IMG/VR virus record: IMGVR_UViG_3300020034_000009
Span: 7,436 to 71,435 of that record
Strand: one strand, 5' to 3'
Source of the DNA: a virus
DNA: 64,000 nt
Below are positions 22,160-31,819 of the stretch, in pieces. Within the stretch, counting starts at the first letter, position 1. Every line of letters begins with the position of its first letter. The notes beneath the pieces were generated by a model. It searched no databases. It saw nothing but the letters and a program-made list of their open reading frames with translations, and was not told the DNA's origin. Both the position numbers and the translations under genes were made by a program.

Positions 22160-22626
22160 GTTTTATATATTTGGAAATAGAAGGAGTTTGGTTTCTTTAA
22201 GTATTCCTTTAAAATCCTAGAAGTTTTTCTTGCGGTCTTAAAATTCCATATAGAGTATGCCCATCTAGCATCTTCTCTTATCCATAGCCATTTGTATCTA
22301 CAGCCCTCAGTATGGGAATTCATGTGATAGATATACTTACCAGCTTTCTTAGTTTCATACCAATCTATAGGTAGGTTAATATGGGTTTTACCATCCTTAG
22401 TAGTTTTGGTCTTCTTTATTTTCTTTTTATTAATAGTAAATGAACCTAACCCAAAGGGAAGCTTCACTTTATCTCCAGTTTCTAGGATATAGTCCCTGAA
22501 GTTATATGCATACACTTCTAATATCTTCTTCCAATCCTTGAAACTAAGTTTAATATCAGGATATGTTTTGCAGAATTTCTCATAAACTTCTCTGCTTGCT
22601 GTCCTATAATCTACATGTACTCTCAC
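22144..22626 (-). CDS. IHF/HU-like DNA-binding protein (crAss tail module)
   Basis: Basic 160 aa; ETGDKVKLPFGLGSFTINKKK HU-like arm. Confidence 0.7.
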   Translation of the reverse strand: MRVHVDYRTASREVYEKFCKTYPDIKLSFKDWKKILEVYAYNFRDYILETGDKVKLPFGLGSFTINKKKIKKTKTTKDGKTHINLPIDWYETKKAGKYIYHMNSHTEGCRYKWLWIREDARWAYSIWNFKTARKTSRILKEYLKKPNSFYFQIYKTWTKK

Positions 22627-22638
22627 TGATCCTCCTCT

Positions 22639-23322
22639 TTAAGCTCTATTTACAGTATCATCTTTATTATCCGAGGTGTGATCCATTGGTATTTTAAAAT
22701 AAGTACCAAGCAATTTGTTTGACGCCATTTCTATGGCTGTGGAGATAAGATAGCCGGGGACTTTGAATTCTCTATCTAGCTTAGATTCACAGGGCTTCTT
22801 ATTTGGATTACATCCACATTCAGGATGCAAAAGATAATCACTAGGGTCTGTATCAAAAATAGCTATAATTTTAGCTAATGCTACATTAGGTTTAGTTACA
22901 ATTAATCTATTATCATGAATAAAATAATATACATCTCTTCCACATAGTCCAAGCTTCTGTAGATTAATATATCGGTTTAGGGGAGCATATTTAAGGTCTT
23001 GGCTAAATCCTATATCATATACACCCATAATAAGTGGATAGTTAGATTCTGCTATAGTAGGAAGCTCTAACTTACTACGAGAAACTAACTGAGTACTAGA
23101 TATACCGCAACATTCCCCTAAAGGAACAGTCTCCATTTCAATACATGGTATTGGTGTAAAAGCACTAGGGCTGTTCCAAAGTTTCCTCTGGTCAGCCTTT
23201 TGCTTCATTAATATTAGAGCGTTACCCTTCACTTCAGCAAGGATAGCCCTATCTGTTATTCTAGAGTCACCTAAGAGCTTGTGAATGGTCCTTACCCTAC
23301 TAACTGTCTCCCTATTTGTCAT
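22639..23322 (-). CDS. Tail ring/structural protein
   Basis: 227 aa, Cys-rich; synteny in tail module. Confidence 0.55.
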   Translation of the reverse strand: MTNRETVSRVRTIHKLLGDSRITDRAILAEVKGNALILMKQKADQRKLWNSPSAFTPIPCIEMETVPLGECCGISSTQLVSRSKLELPTIAESNYPLIMGVYDIGFSQDLKYAPLNRYINLQKLGLCGRDVYYFIHDNRLIVTKPNVALAKIIAIFDTDPSDYLLHPECGCNPNKKPCESKLDREFKVPGYLISTAIEMASNKLLGTYFKIPMDHTSDNKDDTVNRA

Positions 23323-24583
23323 TTATTATTGTTGTTGTAAAGTTGCCAATTTCCCCTTTATCTAAATCATAGAGGAAGGCTTTAGCTTGTTTTAGTGCCA
23401 AATATCCTTTAGAGTAATGCCATTCATCAGTACCACTGAGAGAAGGCAGTATCTCCACTTGAAATCCATTATGTGTGTCCACAGAAATAAATTCTGTTTT
23501 TTTACTCTTATGCAAGTGACCTAGTTTAGCAAATCTAAACTTAGTATCTCCCCACAGCTTTGGCTGTTCTGTAGCAAAAATGATACCTAAATCGGACTGT
23601 TTCTCTTTGTCTCCATGAGTGAAAAGAAAGCTATTAAGACCAAACTGGTAATACTTCCTAAACTTAGGATCATTGTTAACATTAACATTATAATCATTGT
23701 GATACCATGCTTCTAGGATTTCTCCTAACATAAACATTGATGTAGAATCATGATTACCTCTGATGATGGTTACATCTACAGGAGCAATTAGTTTCAGTTC
23801 ATCAATAACTTCAATAAACAATTTCTTAGCAGCTTTAACAATTTTAGGAAATCTACCATCAGTATCTTGAGGGGTTCCTGCTGTAGTAAGGTTTTCCGCG
23901 TTGTCTACATGGAGGCCGTCGTTGCCTAATGGTAGATGTATTCTTCCTATTTGTTCTAAGTTTACTCTGCTAAGGAGTTCTTTAATAGCATCCTTATAAC
24001 GAGATATAGCTATATCAATATCGTAATCGTTTCCTGATTCTGGATTCCATGCTAATTTACCTATGTGAATATCTGGAATAGAGAGTTCATAGAGTAATCC
24101 CTTCTTCTTACCATGCCTTATATTCCAAGCCTTAGCTGGTTTCTGTTCCCTAATTTCTTTGAGGAGAAGTTCCTTCTGAAGGATAAAGCTATTATCTACT
24201 TTCTTTTTACTTAGAAATGCTTTTACTTGCCAGTGCGGATGATCTTCATTTCCCCAGTAATTTTGTACATATTTGTCTATATTCCAAACACTTATATCAA
24301 TCTTAGTGTACTCAATTAGTTCTTCTAAATTATGTATTTCTCTTTTAACTTCTGCTGTCAACTCTGCTGTTCCCTTCTTTATATCTTCAGTGAAGGTTCT
24401 AGCTTGTACTGTAATTTGTGGTCCTTTTGTGACTGTTAGCTTACCAGTTTCCTTGGTAGTTTGACCCATGATTGAGTGAAAGTATTCGTTAAAAGCAACT
24501 GGGGACATTCCAAACTTTTCTGCTATATATCTTTTCCCTTTCTTCTGCTTCAAATACTTCTCAATCTCTTGTTTTGCTGTCAT
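23312..24583 (-). CDS. Calcineurin-like metallophosphoesterase with N-terminal HTH-like segment
   Basis: PDIHIG, GND, GNHD, HGD and GHLH motifs. Confidence 0.85.
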   Translation of the reverse strand: MTAKQEIEKYLKQKKGKRYIAEKFGMSPVAFNEYFHSIMGQTTKETGKLTVTKGPQITVQARTFTEDIKKGTAELTAEVKREIHNLEELIEYTKIDISVWNIDKYVQNYWGNEDHPHWQVKAFLSKKKVDNSFILQKELLLKEIREQKPAKAWNIRHGKKKGLLYELSIPDIHIGKLAWNPESGNDYDIDIAISRYKDAIKELLSRVNLEQIGRIHLPLGNDGLHVDNAENLTTAGTPQDTDGRFPKIVKAAKKLFIEVIDELKLIAPVDVTIIRGNHDSTSMFMLGEILEAWYHNDYNVNVNNDPKFRKYYQFGLNSFLFTHGDKEKQSDLGIIFATEQPKLWGDTKFRFAKLGHLHKSKKTEFISVDTHNGFQVEILPSLSGTDEWHYSKGYLALKQAKAFLYDLDKGEIGNFTTTIINDK

Positions 24584-24616
24584 GTAAATGGTTTATAGAT
24601 TTACTTAAAACTAGGA

Positions 24617-24648
24617 TAAAGGTAGGTATTATATATCAATGTGCCAAA
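24617..24648 (-). promoter_or_regulatory. Bacteroidota-type promoter
   Basis: TTTG-20nt-TACCTTTA upstream of ATG 24583. Confidence 0.6.
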
Positions 24649-24702
24649 TTGTTCATTAACTATTTTCGTTAATTTGAAAATAAATTAACAGAATCCGTTA
24701 AC

Positions 24703-24731
24703 AAAAAAGCCTACAGGTTTCCCCATAGGCT
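24703..24731 (-). terminator. Intrinsic terminator
   Basis: AGCCTATGG-GGAAA-CCTGTAGGCT followed by a T run. Confidence 0.8.
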
Positions 24732-24763
24732 AAACTTGGCTAAACCAATAAAAACCAAGTTTA

Positions 24764-26182
24764 TTAAAGTGTTGTAGTACTTGTTGTTGTGCTTGATGTA
24801 GTACTAGTAGTTGTAGTAGTTGTAGTAGAAGGAATACAGCTATTAACCATGGCACAGAAGGAGGACTTAGCTGAAGGGTTGGCATTCAAGTAGTTAAGGA
24901 GTTGAGTCCAAACTATACCAAAATCCACAGCATTATTAATAGTCATCTTATTGTTACCATTGTTAGTACTTACTACAGTAGTAATACCTGTAGAATTAGT
25001 ACCAGCTTCCATTTTATCTTGTAAATAAGATGCAACAGGATCAGCTGATCTAACTTTAACCAGACTATCATCCCCACCACCAGTACCTCCAGTACTATTA
25101 ATAATAAACTTACCGGGGCTGCTAGATACATCAAAGCTAATTCCAGAGCCAGCTTCTAATTTTTCCTGAAGAGTTCCGGGATCAGCATCAGCACCATTAA
25201 CAGCTACCCACTTATCTTGCTGAGAGGCAGGAGCAAGAGATACTGTTTTACCAGCACACACATCTCCTCCATCAGTTTGTCCAACAATAAAGTCAGCCGA
25301 GAAGGTTAAATTATTCTTAGTAAGAATATTCACCTTAGCTAACAAGGCTCCAAAGGCAGCTTGTAGGTTGTTGGCAACAGAGGAAGGTTTTGTTATACAA
25401 TCCCATGTCAAATTGTTAATATCAAAAGCAGGAACTGCACAAGCCCTAGCCTTTAAGAGATTAACTGTTGTAACTAAGCTATCATTAGTAGTTCCTCCAG
25501 AGAGACAACTAGCAGCATTATTAAAGCTAGGTAGTCCTGAAGGATCAGTACCAAGACCAAGCTCATTTTTAAGTGTAAATATTTGAGCAATAACGTTATC
25601 AAATCCTTCTGCAATATTTGTTGGTGTACTAGACCCTGTATAAACAGCATCCCAATCTACAGTAGAAAGATTAATTTTACTATATAAATCAGAAAAGGTG
25701 ACACAAAACTTATTAATAACTCCGGTAATACCATCATTAGGATTAATACCTGCTGAAGTACATGTAATACCTAAAGCATTAAGAGTATCCAGAGTAGCTT
25801 GTGTATTAGACCTGAAATTTTCAAATGTAGTATTAATAAATGTATCTAAAGTAGTAGTGAGATTACAAGCATACTCTGAAATACCCTCAACAAAATCTTG
25901 TTCAGTATTAATAACCAATCCTAGACAGGAAGTATCATATAAAGAATAGTTACCAGATATGCTACAAATCTTTTGATCCACCTTAATAAGAATATCTTCC
26001 AAGGAGTCGTTAGTCCTGATAGAAGAGCATGGGAGATTTGGACCAGTGTAGAAGGTACATCTAGCATCTATAGTAGTAGCACAATCCCCACATCCCTCAC
26101 AGCAATCACAGTCAGAGAAGACTGAATTGAAAGACTGAAGTGTGACAGGATTAATATTACTTTGACAAGGAAGACAAGCCAT
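24764..26182 (-). CDS. Tail-associated structural protein with Cys-rich N-terminus and Ser/Thr C-terminal tail
   Basis: 472 aa; C..YTG.NL motif shared with the neighbouring gene; ends STTTTTTTSTTSSTTTSTTTL. Confidence 0.6.
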   Translation of the reverse strand: MACLPCQSNINPVTLQSFNSVFSDCDCCEGCGDCATTIDARCTFYTGPNLPCSSIRTNDSLEDILIKVDQKICSISGNYSLYDTSCLGLVINTEQDFVEGISEYACNLTTTLDTFINTTFENFRSNTQATLDTLNALGITCTSAGINPNDGITGVINKFCVTFSDLYSKINLSTVDWDAVYTGSSTPTNIAEGFDNVIAQIFTLKNELGLGTDPSGLPSFNNAASCLSGGTTNDSLVTTVNLLKARACAVPAFDINNLTWDCITKPSSVANNLQAAFGALLAKVNILTKNNLTFSADFIVGQTDGGDVCAGKTVSLAPASQQDKWVAVNGADADPGTLQEKLEAGSGISFDVSSSPGKFIINSTGGTGGGDDSLVKVRSADPVASYLQDKMEAGTNSTGITTVVSTNNGNNKMTINNAVDFGIVWTQLLNYLNANPSAKSSFCAMVNSCIPSTTTTTTTSTTSSTTTSTTTL

Positions 26183-26205
26183 TTATTATTTATTTTAATA
26201 TTAGT

Positions 26206-27270
26206 TTACGGAATATACATCATCCAGAGAGCTGCTATAGAGGGCTGTCTTACACTAATAGGTACACCATTACCAGTGCTACCTAATGTTATGTTTGTTA
26301 GTGAGGGCCTAGTATTAAGCTCTCCTTCTGTATCATTATTACCTACTGAAGCCTTACCTCCACCATTAGCATCATCTTTAGATGTGTCTATCCCATGAAA
26401 GTGGCCCGGATCAACAACTGAGTGAGTATGTGAGGGGAGTTCTGGAACACTAAGTTTATGGAAGTTTTCTCCATTCTTATCACCTACACCATAATTTACA
26501 TTAGCAGTACTATTAACAGCAGCATTTGGATTAACTACACCATCAAGGGCAGCACCGGGAACATTTCTAACAGCTCCTACAGTAACTCTACCTCTCTTAT
26601 CTGGTGTACCATGTAACCCATTACAGAGAAATACTCTATCATAACCAACTGAAGCAAGTCCTGCTCCTGTAGAATCAAAATTAGCTAAAGAACCCCAATA
26701 TTCATAGGCAACATTCTTAAGCATCTTTTCCTTTTCCTGAGGAATGTTATTACCACTACCATCTGGATTCTCTGGAGCAACATAGGTGATTTCCTTTACA
26801 AGTGTTGGTAAGTCATTCAGTTTAACATATGTAGTAGGAAGGGCATCAATAATTGACTTATGATAACAAAGTAGATTAACAGCAGAGGCTAATATCTGAT
26901 TAGACGTTGGGTTAGCTGGTAGACCAGTTAAACAGGCCGTATTAAAACTTACAGCAGGAGGTTTAGCAGCATCAACTAGATTCTTAAGAGTTTGCTGAGT
27001 ATCTATTAATAGTTGAACTAAATTGACCAAGTTCTTTTCCTTGGCCTTAAATATAGTAAGCAAGAATGGAGCATTATCTAATGTTACATCCTTAAGAACA
27101 ATACCAGTGCCATTTAGAGCTGCAATTAAGTTATCTATAATAGCTTTATTAAGAAGAGAAAGTGGGTCACCCTTACATATATCAAAAAGAGGAATATCTT
27201 CTCCAGTATATTTTACACACTTATCTGGTAGAGGATCACCACAATTATTAAAACAGTCCTTACAGGCCAT
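26206..27270 (-). CDS. Tail fibre / tail-collar domain protein
   Basis: LCNGLHGTPDKRGR and GENFHKLSVPELPSHTH, DPGHFH tail-collar motifs. Confidence 0.8.
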   Translation of the reverse strand: MACKDCFNNCGDPLPDKCVKYTGEDIPLFDICKGDPLSLLNKAIIDNLIAALNGTGIVLKDVTLDNAPFLLTIFKAKEKNLVNLVQLLIDTQQTLKNLVDAAKPPAVSFNTACLTGLPANPTSNQILASAVNLLCYHKSIIDALPTTYVKLNDLPTLVKEITYVAPENPDGSGNNIPQEKEKMLKNVAYEYWGSLANFDSTGAGLASVGYDRVFLCNGLHGTPDKRGRVTVGAVRNVPGAALDGVVNPNAAVNSTANVNYGVGDKNGENFHKLSVPELPSHTHSVVDPGHFHGIDTSKDDANGGGKASVGNNDTEGELNTRPSLTNITLGSTGNGVPISVRQPSIAALWMMYIP

Positions 27271-27276
27271 ACTTTT

Positions 27277-27540
27277 TTATATTAATGTTTTGATTTTGGA
27301 AACGATTTGCTTATAGGAATAATTTCTGTAGAATTTCTTATTCTGTGCCAACCTCTTTAACATACTCTTATAGAATATGAGATCACTTAATAGTCTTTCA
27401 TTGGCCTTGCATTTAAGCATATAGGTTTCTTGATTGTATACACAGTTAGTTAACTCGCTGATTTTCTTATCAATAAGAATCAGAGTTTCCTCTGCTGCAC
27501 TACAATTAAGACATTTCTTAAGAGAAAAGGATATGAACAT
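27277..27540 (-). CDS. Small tail-module protein
   Basis: 87-aa ORF packed in the operon. Confidence 0.55.
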   Translation of the reverse strand: MFISFSLKKCLNCSAAEETLILIDKKISELTNCVYNQETYMLKCKANERLLSDLIFYKSMLKRLAQNKKFYRNYSYKQIVSKIKTLI

Positions 27541-27653
27541 ACTTAATTATTCTTTGTGCTATTCCCTGACATGCAGGGCAAAGCCCATTTATTGTTTGAC
27601 AAAATTTAACTCTTGCACCACATCTGGTACAACTTACAAATCCACAGCCCATA

Positions 27654-28193
27654 TTATTTGGTTTTTAAAAAGTTATCAAGCATAGACTGAGCTAGTCTAA
27701 GCTTGTTCATAGCAGCTATATCATTGCACAAATTGGCATCAGCTATAGCTCCATTAATTAAATGAATAATCCTATCCAGAGCATGTTTATCTTGATTTTT
27801 AATAGTTCCAGTACAGTTAGATATATCAGTAGCAAGGAAACCTTCCCCAAGCTGCCTTTCAATAGCCATGGTTCTGATAAAACTCTTCTCTACAAAATAT
27901 TTGTCTGCTGGAGCTATAGTATATTTTACTTTCCATATACCATCTGGTAAATCTATCTGTCCACATTCAGGATCAGGCTCAGTACATGATATACCAAGAG
28001 TGGTGCTGTTATAAATAGTTAGGTTTTTAGAAGTAAATGGTAGAGTAATTTTAGGATAGCTTGGAGGAGTAATTTGAATTGTAGGAGTAATAATTTGAAA
28101 GTTATCAGGATACCAACTGGTATCCCCAATGCCAAGCAATTCTACTTCCTGAGTCTCCAGTATTAGTAAATTAAGGTTAACCTTATTGTTCAT
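27654..28193 (-). CDS. Tail hub-like structural protein
   Basis: 179 aa; LPDGIW.VKY motif; synteny. Confidence 0.55.
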   Translation of the reverse strand: MNNKVNLNLLILETQEVELLGIGDTSWYPDNFQIITPTIQITPPSYPKITLPFTSKNLTIYNSTTLGISCTEPDPECGQIDLPDGIWKVKYTIAPADKYFVEKSFIRTMAIERQLGEGFLATDISNCTGTIKNQDKHALDRIIHLINGAIADANLCNDIAAMNKLRLAQSMLDNFLKTK

Positions 28194-28722
28194 TATTAGA
28201 TATTTTACCTGAGCTGTCTATAAAGATTCTCCTAACATTCTTAGGTTTTTCTATTTCATATAAATTTCTAGCAGCTACTAGTCTATTTTTAGCTATTTCT
28301 GTAAATCCATAAGCATCAGATTGGTTTCCACCAAGTACATGATATGTATTCTTGGATTCAGCAACATAGAGACCTACATGTCCTCCTTCTGGCCTCTTAA
28401 ATACAAGAGTGTCACCAAGTTCTGGTGTTTCCACAGGGTTTCCCCATTCTGCATATTTAAGAGCCCTAATTATATCATAGTTTCTAAGTCCCAATGGCTT
28501 ACCTGAACTAATAATAACATAAGCATGAGCTGTAGCACACCAAGCCATTTCATCATCCTTAACAATAGATTCTATTCCTAAGGCTTTAGCCCATTCTAGG
28601 ATTATAGGATTATGTCTTGATCCTTTAACCTCTCTGATACCTACTAACTTAAGTGCCTCTAGAAGCATCCTAGGGGCTGGCTCATCTAGCAAATAACTGT
28701 ATTTAGCTGGTACTGTACTCAT
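28183..28722 (-). CDS. NlpC/P60-CHAP peptidoglycan hydrolase (TIGR02594-like), putative endolysin
   Basis: GIREVKG..HNPII, AWCA (catalytic Cys), GGHVG (His), LGGNQSD. Confidence 0.85.
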   Translation of the reverse strand: MSTVPAKYSYLLDEPAPRMLLEALKLVGIREVKGSRHNPIILEWAKALGIESIVKDDEMAWCATAHAYVIISSGKPLGLRNYDIIRALKYAEWGNPVETPELGDTLVFKRPEGGHVGLYVAESKNTYHVLGGNQSDAYGFTEIAKNRLVAARNLYEIEKPKNVRRIFIDSSGKISNNEQ

Positions 28723-28732
28723 GGTTTAAAAT

Positions 28733-28763
28733 AAAAAAGGGATAGGGAGTTTTTCCCTACCCC
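28733..28763 (-). terminator. Intrinsic terminator
   Basis: GGGGTAGGGA-AAAAC-TCCCTATCCC-TTTTTT. Confidence 0.85.
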
Positions 28764-28793
28764 TGTTAGGATAAAATATTGTTCTGTCTACTA

Positions 28794-29954
28794 TTAAGGA
28801 ATCAGCGGAGCTGTAGTCGAAGTAGTAGTTGTAGAAGTTGTAGATGTGGTAGATGTGGTAGAGACATCAACACCAGAAGCATTCTGAGGAGCAGAACCAA
28901 GAGCTGCTGTAAGAGCAGTTTCAAAGGTTGTACCTGTACCAGTGGGGAAAGCTACAATAACTGTAAAGTCTTGGGCCACCTTATCTGTCCAGCTGAAATC
29001 ATCATCATACTCTCTAGCAACGATATAATAAGTATCATAATATGCACCATCAACTACATAGGAAGTGAAAGCACCATTCCAATCTGGATTTTTATGTAAA
29101 TGTTTGAAGTGGCCTGTCTGATAGCTGTAATACCTCTGTTCAAGCAACTTAATCTCAGCAGATGTACCTGTGGGATATGTAGCCCTCTGGTTTACTGTGA
29201 AAGTACCAACTTGTTCACAAGAATCAGGAACATAAAAGTCAACACTCAAATCAGTACCAACTGTAACAAAACCCCTGAAGGTAATTCTGTCTTGCTGGAA
29301 TTGATTAGCTGTAATGTCAGAAGCCAAAGGTGACTGAACTGGCTGAGCCTTAGCAGCAGCCCTGATAGCCGAAGTTGCACCACTACCTGTCCTAGAGAAG
29401 GAGAGGAAGGTAGACAACCTAACATCAGTACCATTAAACCTGTCTGGACCAGCTGCATTCAGTTTACCTACTGCCTGATCAACAATATCCTGAATTTGCT
29501 GTGCTGAAAGTGTAGCACAAGGACTGTCACCACAATTGCAACATGGAGCCTTAACAACTACGCTTCTTGTAAAGCCGTTGTAATATCCAATGTTTACAAT
29601 GTTGGAATGAATCCTAAAAGTGAAGATGATATTGTCATCACACTGGAAACTAAAGCCACCTAGTGTACCAATTTCCAAAGAAGCTGTATCTTCAGCGACT
29701 ACTTTATACCAAGAGCTAATCCTAGTGGCCGCAATCTTATCTGATTTCTTACTTCCAAGACCGGGAACTTGCTCTCTTCTACCCTGAGCAATCTGAAACC
29801 ATTTGGCAGCAGCAAGGTTACCTGCATTACCAATACTATAATCTGGTCTATACAAACCTATTGCTCCGGGAGCTAGGTCAGCAGCTATACCAGATGAGGC
29901 AAGAGTGCCATTGGTAGCTACAAATACTGTTACAAGAGAAAATCCGTTACCCAT
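28794..29954 (-). CDS. Auxiliary capsid / decoration protein with Thr/Ser C-terminal tail
   Basis: 386 aa in capsid operon; ends VSTTSTTSTTSTTTTSTTAPLIP. Confidence 0.65.
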   Translation of the reverse strand: MGNGFSLVTVFVATNGTLASSGIAADLAPGAIGLYRPDYSIGNAGNLAAAKWFQIAQGRREQVPGLGSKKSDKIAATRISSWYKVVAEDTASLEIGTLGGFSFQCDDNIIFTFRIHSNIVNIGYYNGFTRSVVVKAPCCNCGDSPCATLSAQQIQDIVDQAVGKLNAAGPDRFNGTDVRLSTFLSFSRTGSGATSAIRAAAKAQPVQSPLASDITANQFQQDRITFRGFVTVGTDLSVDFYVPDSCEQVGTFTVNQRATYPTGTSAEIKLLEQRYYSYQTGHFKHLHKNPDWNGAFTSYVVDGAYYDTYYIVAREYDDDFSWTDKVAQDFTVIVAFPTGTGTTFETALTAALGSAPQNASGVDVSTTSTTSTTSTTTTSTTAPLIP

Positions 29955-29980
29955 TTTTATGAAATTTTTTGTTTGTTTTT

Positions 29981-30706
29981 TTATTCGTCATTTTGTTTCC
30001 TACTCTGACTTGATTGAGCAGCAGGAATATTATCTGTGGACATTGCTAAGTCCTCTACTACTAAATTAACCAGAGCTTCTTTTAGGTAGTACTCTAGTTC
30101 ACAATCTTGTGTAACACTAATAGTACCATCTAGGTGTGTGTATCCCTCAATGTCAACCATCTGAGGGTACCTTATATAAGAGACGTATAGTTCTTCAGGT
30201 GTAAATGTACCATCTGTATATACTTCAATTTTATTACTTGTTAGAGTTGAGAATGTTTCCCTCCAGTCAAAATCTGGCCTCTCATTACTGTTGTTAAGGA
30301 TTAACTGAACATCCTTGTGTTTAGCAAGGGAATTATTAACACTTAATCTGGCTCTACAGTCACCTTTCTTAGCTATAAGATAGGCATCTATATAGAACAT
30401 ATAAATGGGTACTAAATCTAATAAACTTGCCTCCCACTTATTTAAGTACTTATCAGCTAATTTTGGCTCTAGAGAATGGTTATCATAGGGTTCGATTAAG
30501 TTCTCTATGTCTTGGTATCTCTTTATGTTGCCCTCAAATCCTAACTGTAATATATTATTAGGGTTGAGTTTTGAAAGTACAAGTTTAATCTGATTACTGT
30601 TAATCGAAACTATCTTGTTTTCATCTGGAATAAACTGATGTTGTGAAGTGGCCTGTTTATTTAGTTTTAAGTCAATATCGTATAACAGGTCTTCAACTTT
30701 TATCAT
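29981..30706 (-). CDS. Head-tail ring/adaptor protein
   Basis: 241 aa; YIRYP..V and DCEL pattern; synteny. Confidence 0.6.
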   Translation of the reverse strand: MIKVEDLLYDIDLKLNKQATSQHQFIPDENKIVSINSNQIKLVLSKLNPNNILQLGFEGNIKRYQDIENLIEPYDNHSLEPKLADKYLNKWEASLLDLVPIYMFYIDAYLIAKKGDCRARLSVNNSLAKHKDVQLILNNSNERPDFDWRETFSTLTSNKIEVYTDGTFTPEELYVSYIRYPQMVDIEGYTHLDGTISVTQDCELEYYLKEALVNLVVEDLAMSTDNIPAAQSSQSRKQNDE

Positions 30707-31650
30707 TACAATTTTGTTGGTAAATCTTTAACTGCAAGCTTTTGTTCAAGCTCTACAAGGTCCAGTTGGTTTTTCTTATCCATGAAGTGAGCAAGCAAAC
30801 TGTCCTTTCCTTGGAATACTGTTTGTTCTCCTTCCATGATTTTACCAGCTTTTCCCACTCTATAGATTTGAGCACTTATGGCTTGGTTTACAATATCGTT
30901 AATCATAATCTTCTCATCATCCATACCAGCAAACTGGTTAAAAATAACAAGACTATCTGAGTTCATGTATGGTCCTGTTTTCACAATACCATCTTTGAGG
31001 AATTGGTCAAGCATGTTATATACAACCTCTTCTCTCTCATTCTCAGTTATGGGTAGACCAACAAGCCTAGCTATTCTCCTACGTTTTTCTAAACCCCATG
31101 AGTTAATCTTAATGATTGCATCATTAGCAAGTTTACGTTTATTGTAGTTAATTTGAGTTTCTACTTCATCATCCTTCACATAGAAGTGTGTGTCAGCAGG
31201 ATATTCTCCTCTCAAATAAGCTTCATAACTTGAAGCAATAGCTGGATGTACTCTAAGCCAATAAAAATCAATGGCTTGTGCAGGTTCATCTAGGTTAAAA
31301 ATGTTATCACCATCTTTAAGTTTAGCTGGATTAAGTGTATCCCAATATCTGGAATAAGGACCTAAATCTACATCTTCACCTAAGGCTAGTTTAATTTCCT
31401 TGAGTCTCTCCCTAATCTCTGCTTGTTTCTGCTCTCTAGTCTCTTTATCCTTAATGGAAAGAACTGATGGAGCTTCTGGATCAAGACCTGTTCTTCTTCT
31501 ACCTGACCTATCCTTGTGGGGAAAAATCATTCTAAAGGTTCCGGGAAACATACTCATTCCTCTGTCCCTAAGGGATTTATCCATTGTGGCAAATTGAGCT
31601 TTGCTGTAGTCTTTAGGAATTACACTGATAACACCTGTTTTAGTACCCAT
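30706..31650 (-). CDS. Conserved crAss-like capsid-module protein (gene-75-like position)
   Basis: 314 aa immediately downstream of the MCP. Confidence 0.55.
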   Translation of the reverse strand: MGTKTGVISVIPKDYSKAQFATMDKSLRDRGMSMFPGTFRMIFPHKDRSGRRRTGLDPEAPSVLSIKDKETREQKQAEIRERLKEIKLALGEDVDLGPYSRYWDTLNPAKLKDGDNIFNLDEPAQAIDFYWLRVHPAIASSYEAYLRGEYPADTHFYVKDDEVETQINYNKRKLANDAIIKINSWGLEKRRRIARLVGLPITENEREEVVYNMLDQFLKDGIVKTGPYMNSDSLVIFNQFAGMDDEKIMINDIVNQAISAQIYRVGKAGKIMEGEQTVFQGKDSLLAHFMDKKNQLDLVELEQKLAVKDLPTKL

Positions 31651-31677
31651 AATATGTAGTTAATTGATTTTGTTAAG

Positions 31678-31725
31678 TTCCTCAGTATAGTAACGAGCTA
31701 TAAACTGTTCTGCACAACTAAGGAA
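31678..31725 (-). ncRNA. Mini tRNA-like element (acceptor stem + T-like arm)
   Basis: TCCTTAG/CTGAGGA 7-bp stem; TATAG-CTCGTTA-CTATA 5-bp stem with 7-nt loop; short TGT-GCAGA-ACA hairpin in between. Confidence 0.45.
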
Positions 31726-31733
31726 AAAAGTTT

Positions 31734-31814
31734 GAAGAAAGTCCCATAAGGTGGGAAACTAGGGACTCTCTTCGGTGGGGAATAGCTAGTGACAAGTTTA
31801 GACCCCTAGCTATT
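31734..31814 (-). promoter_or_regulatory. Tandem stable hairpins 3' of the MCP gene (stabiliser/attenuator)
   Basis: AATAGCTAG..CTAGCTATT and GAAGAGAGTCCC..GGGACTTTCTTC. Confidence 0.6.
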
Positions 31815-31819
31815 ATTAT

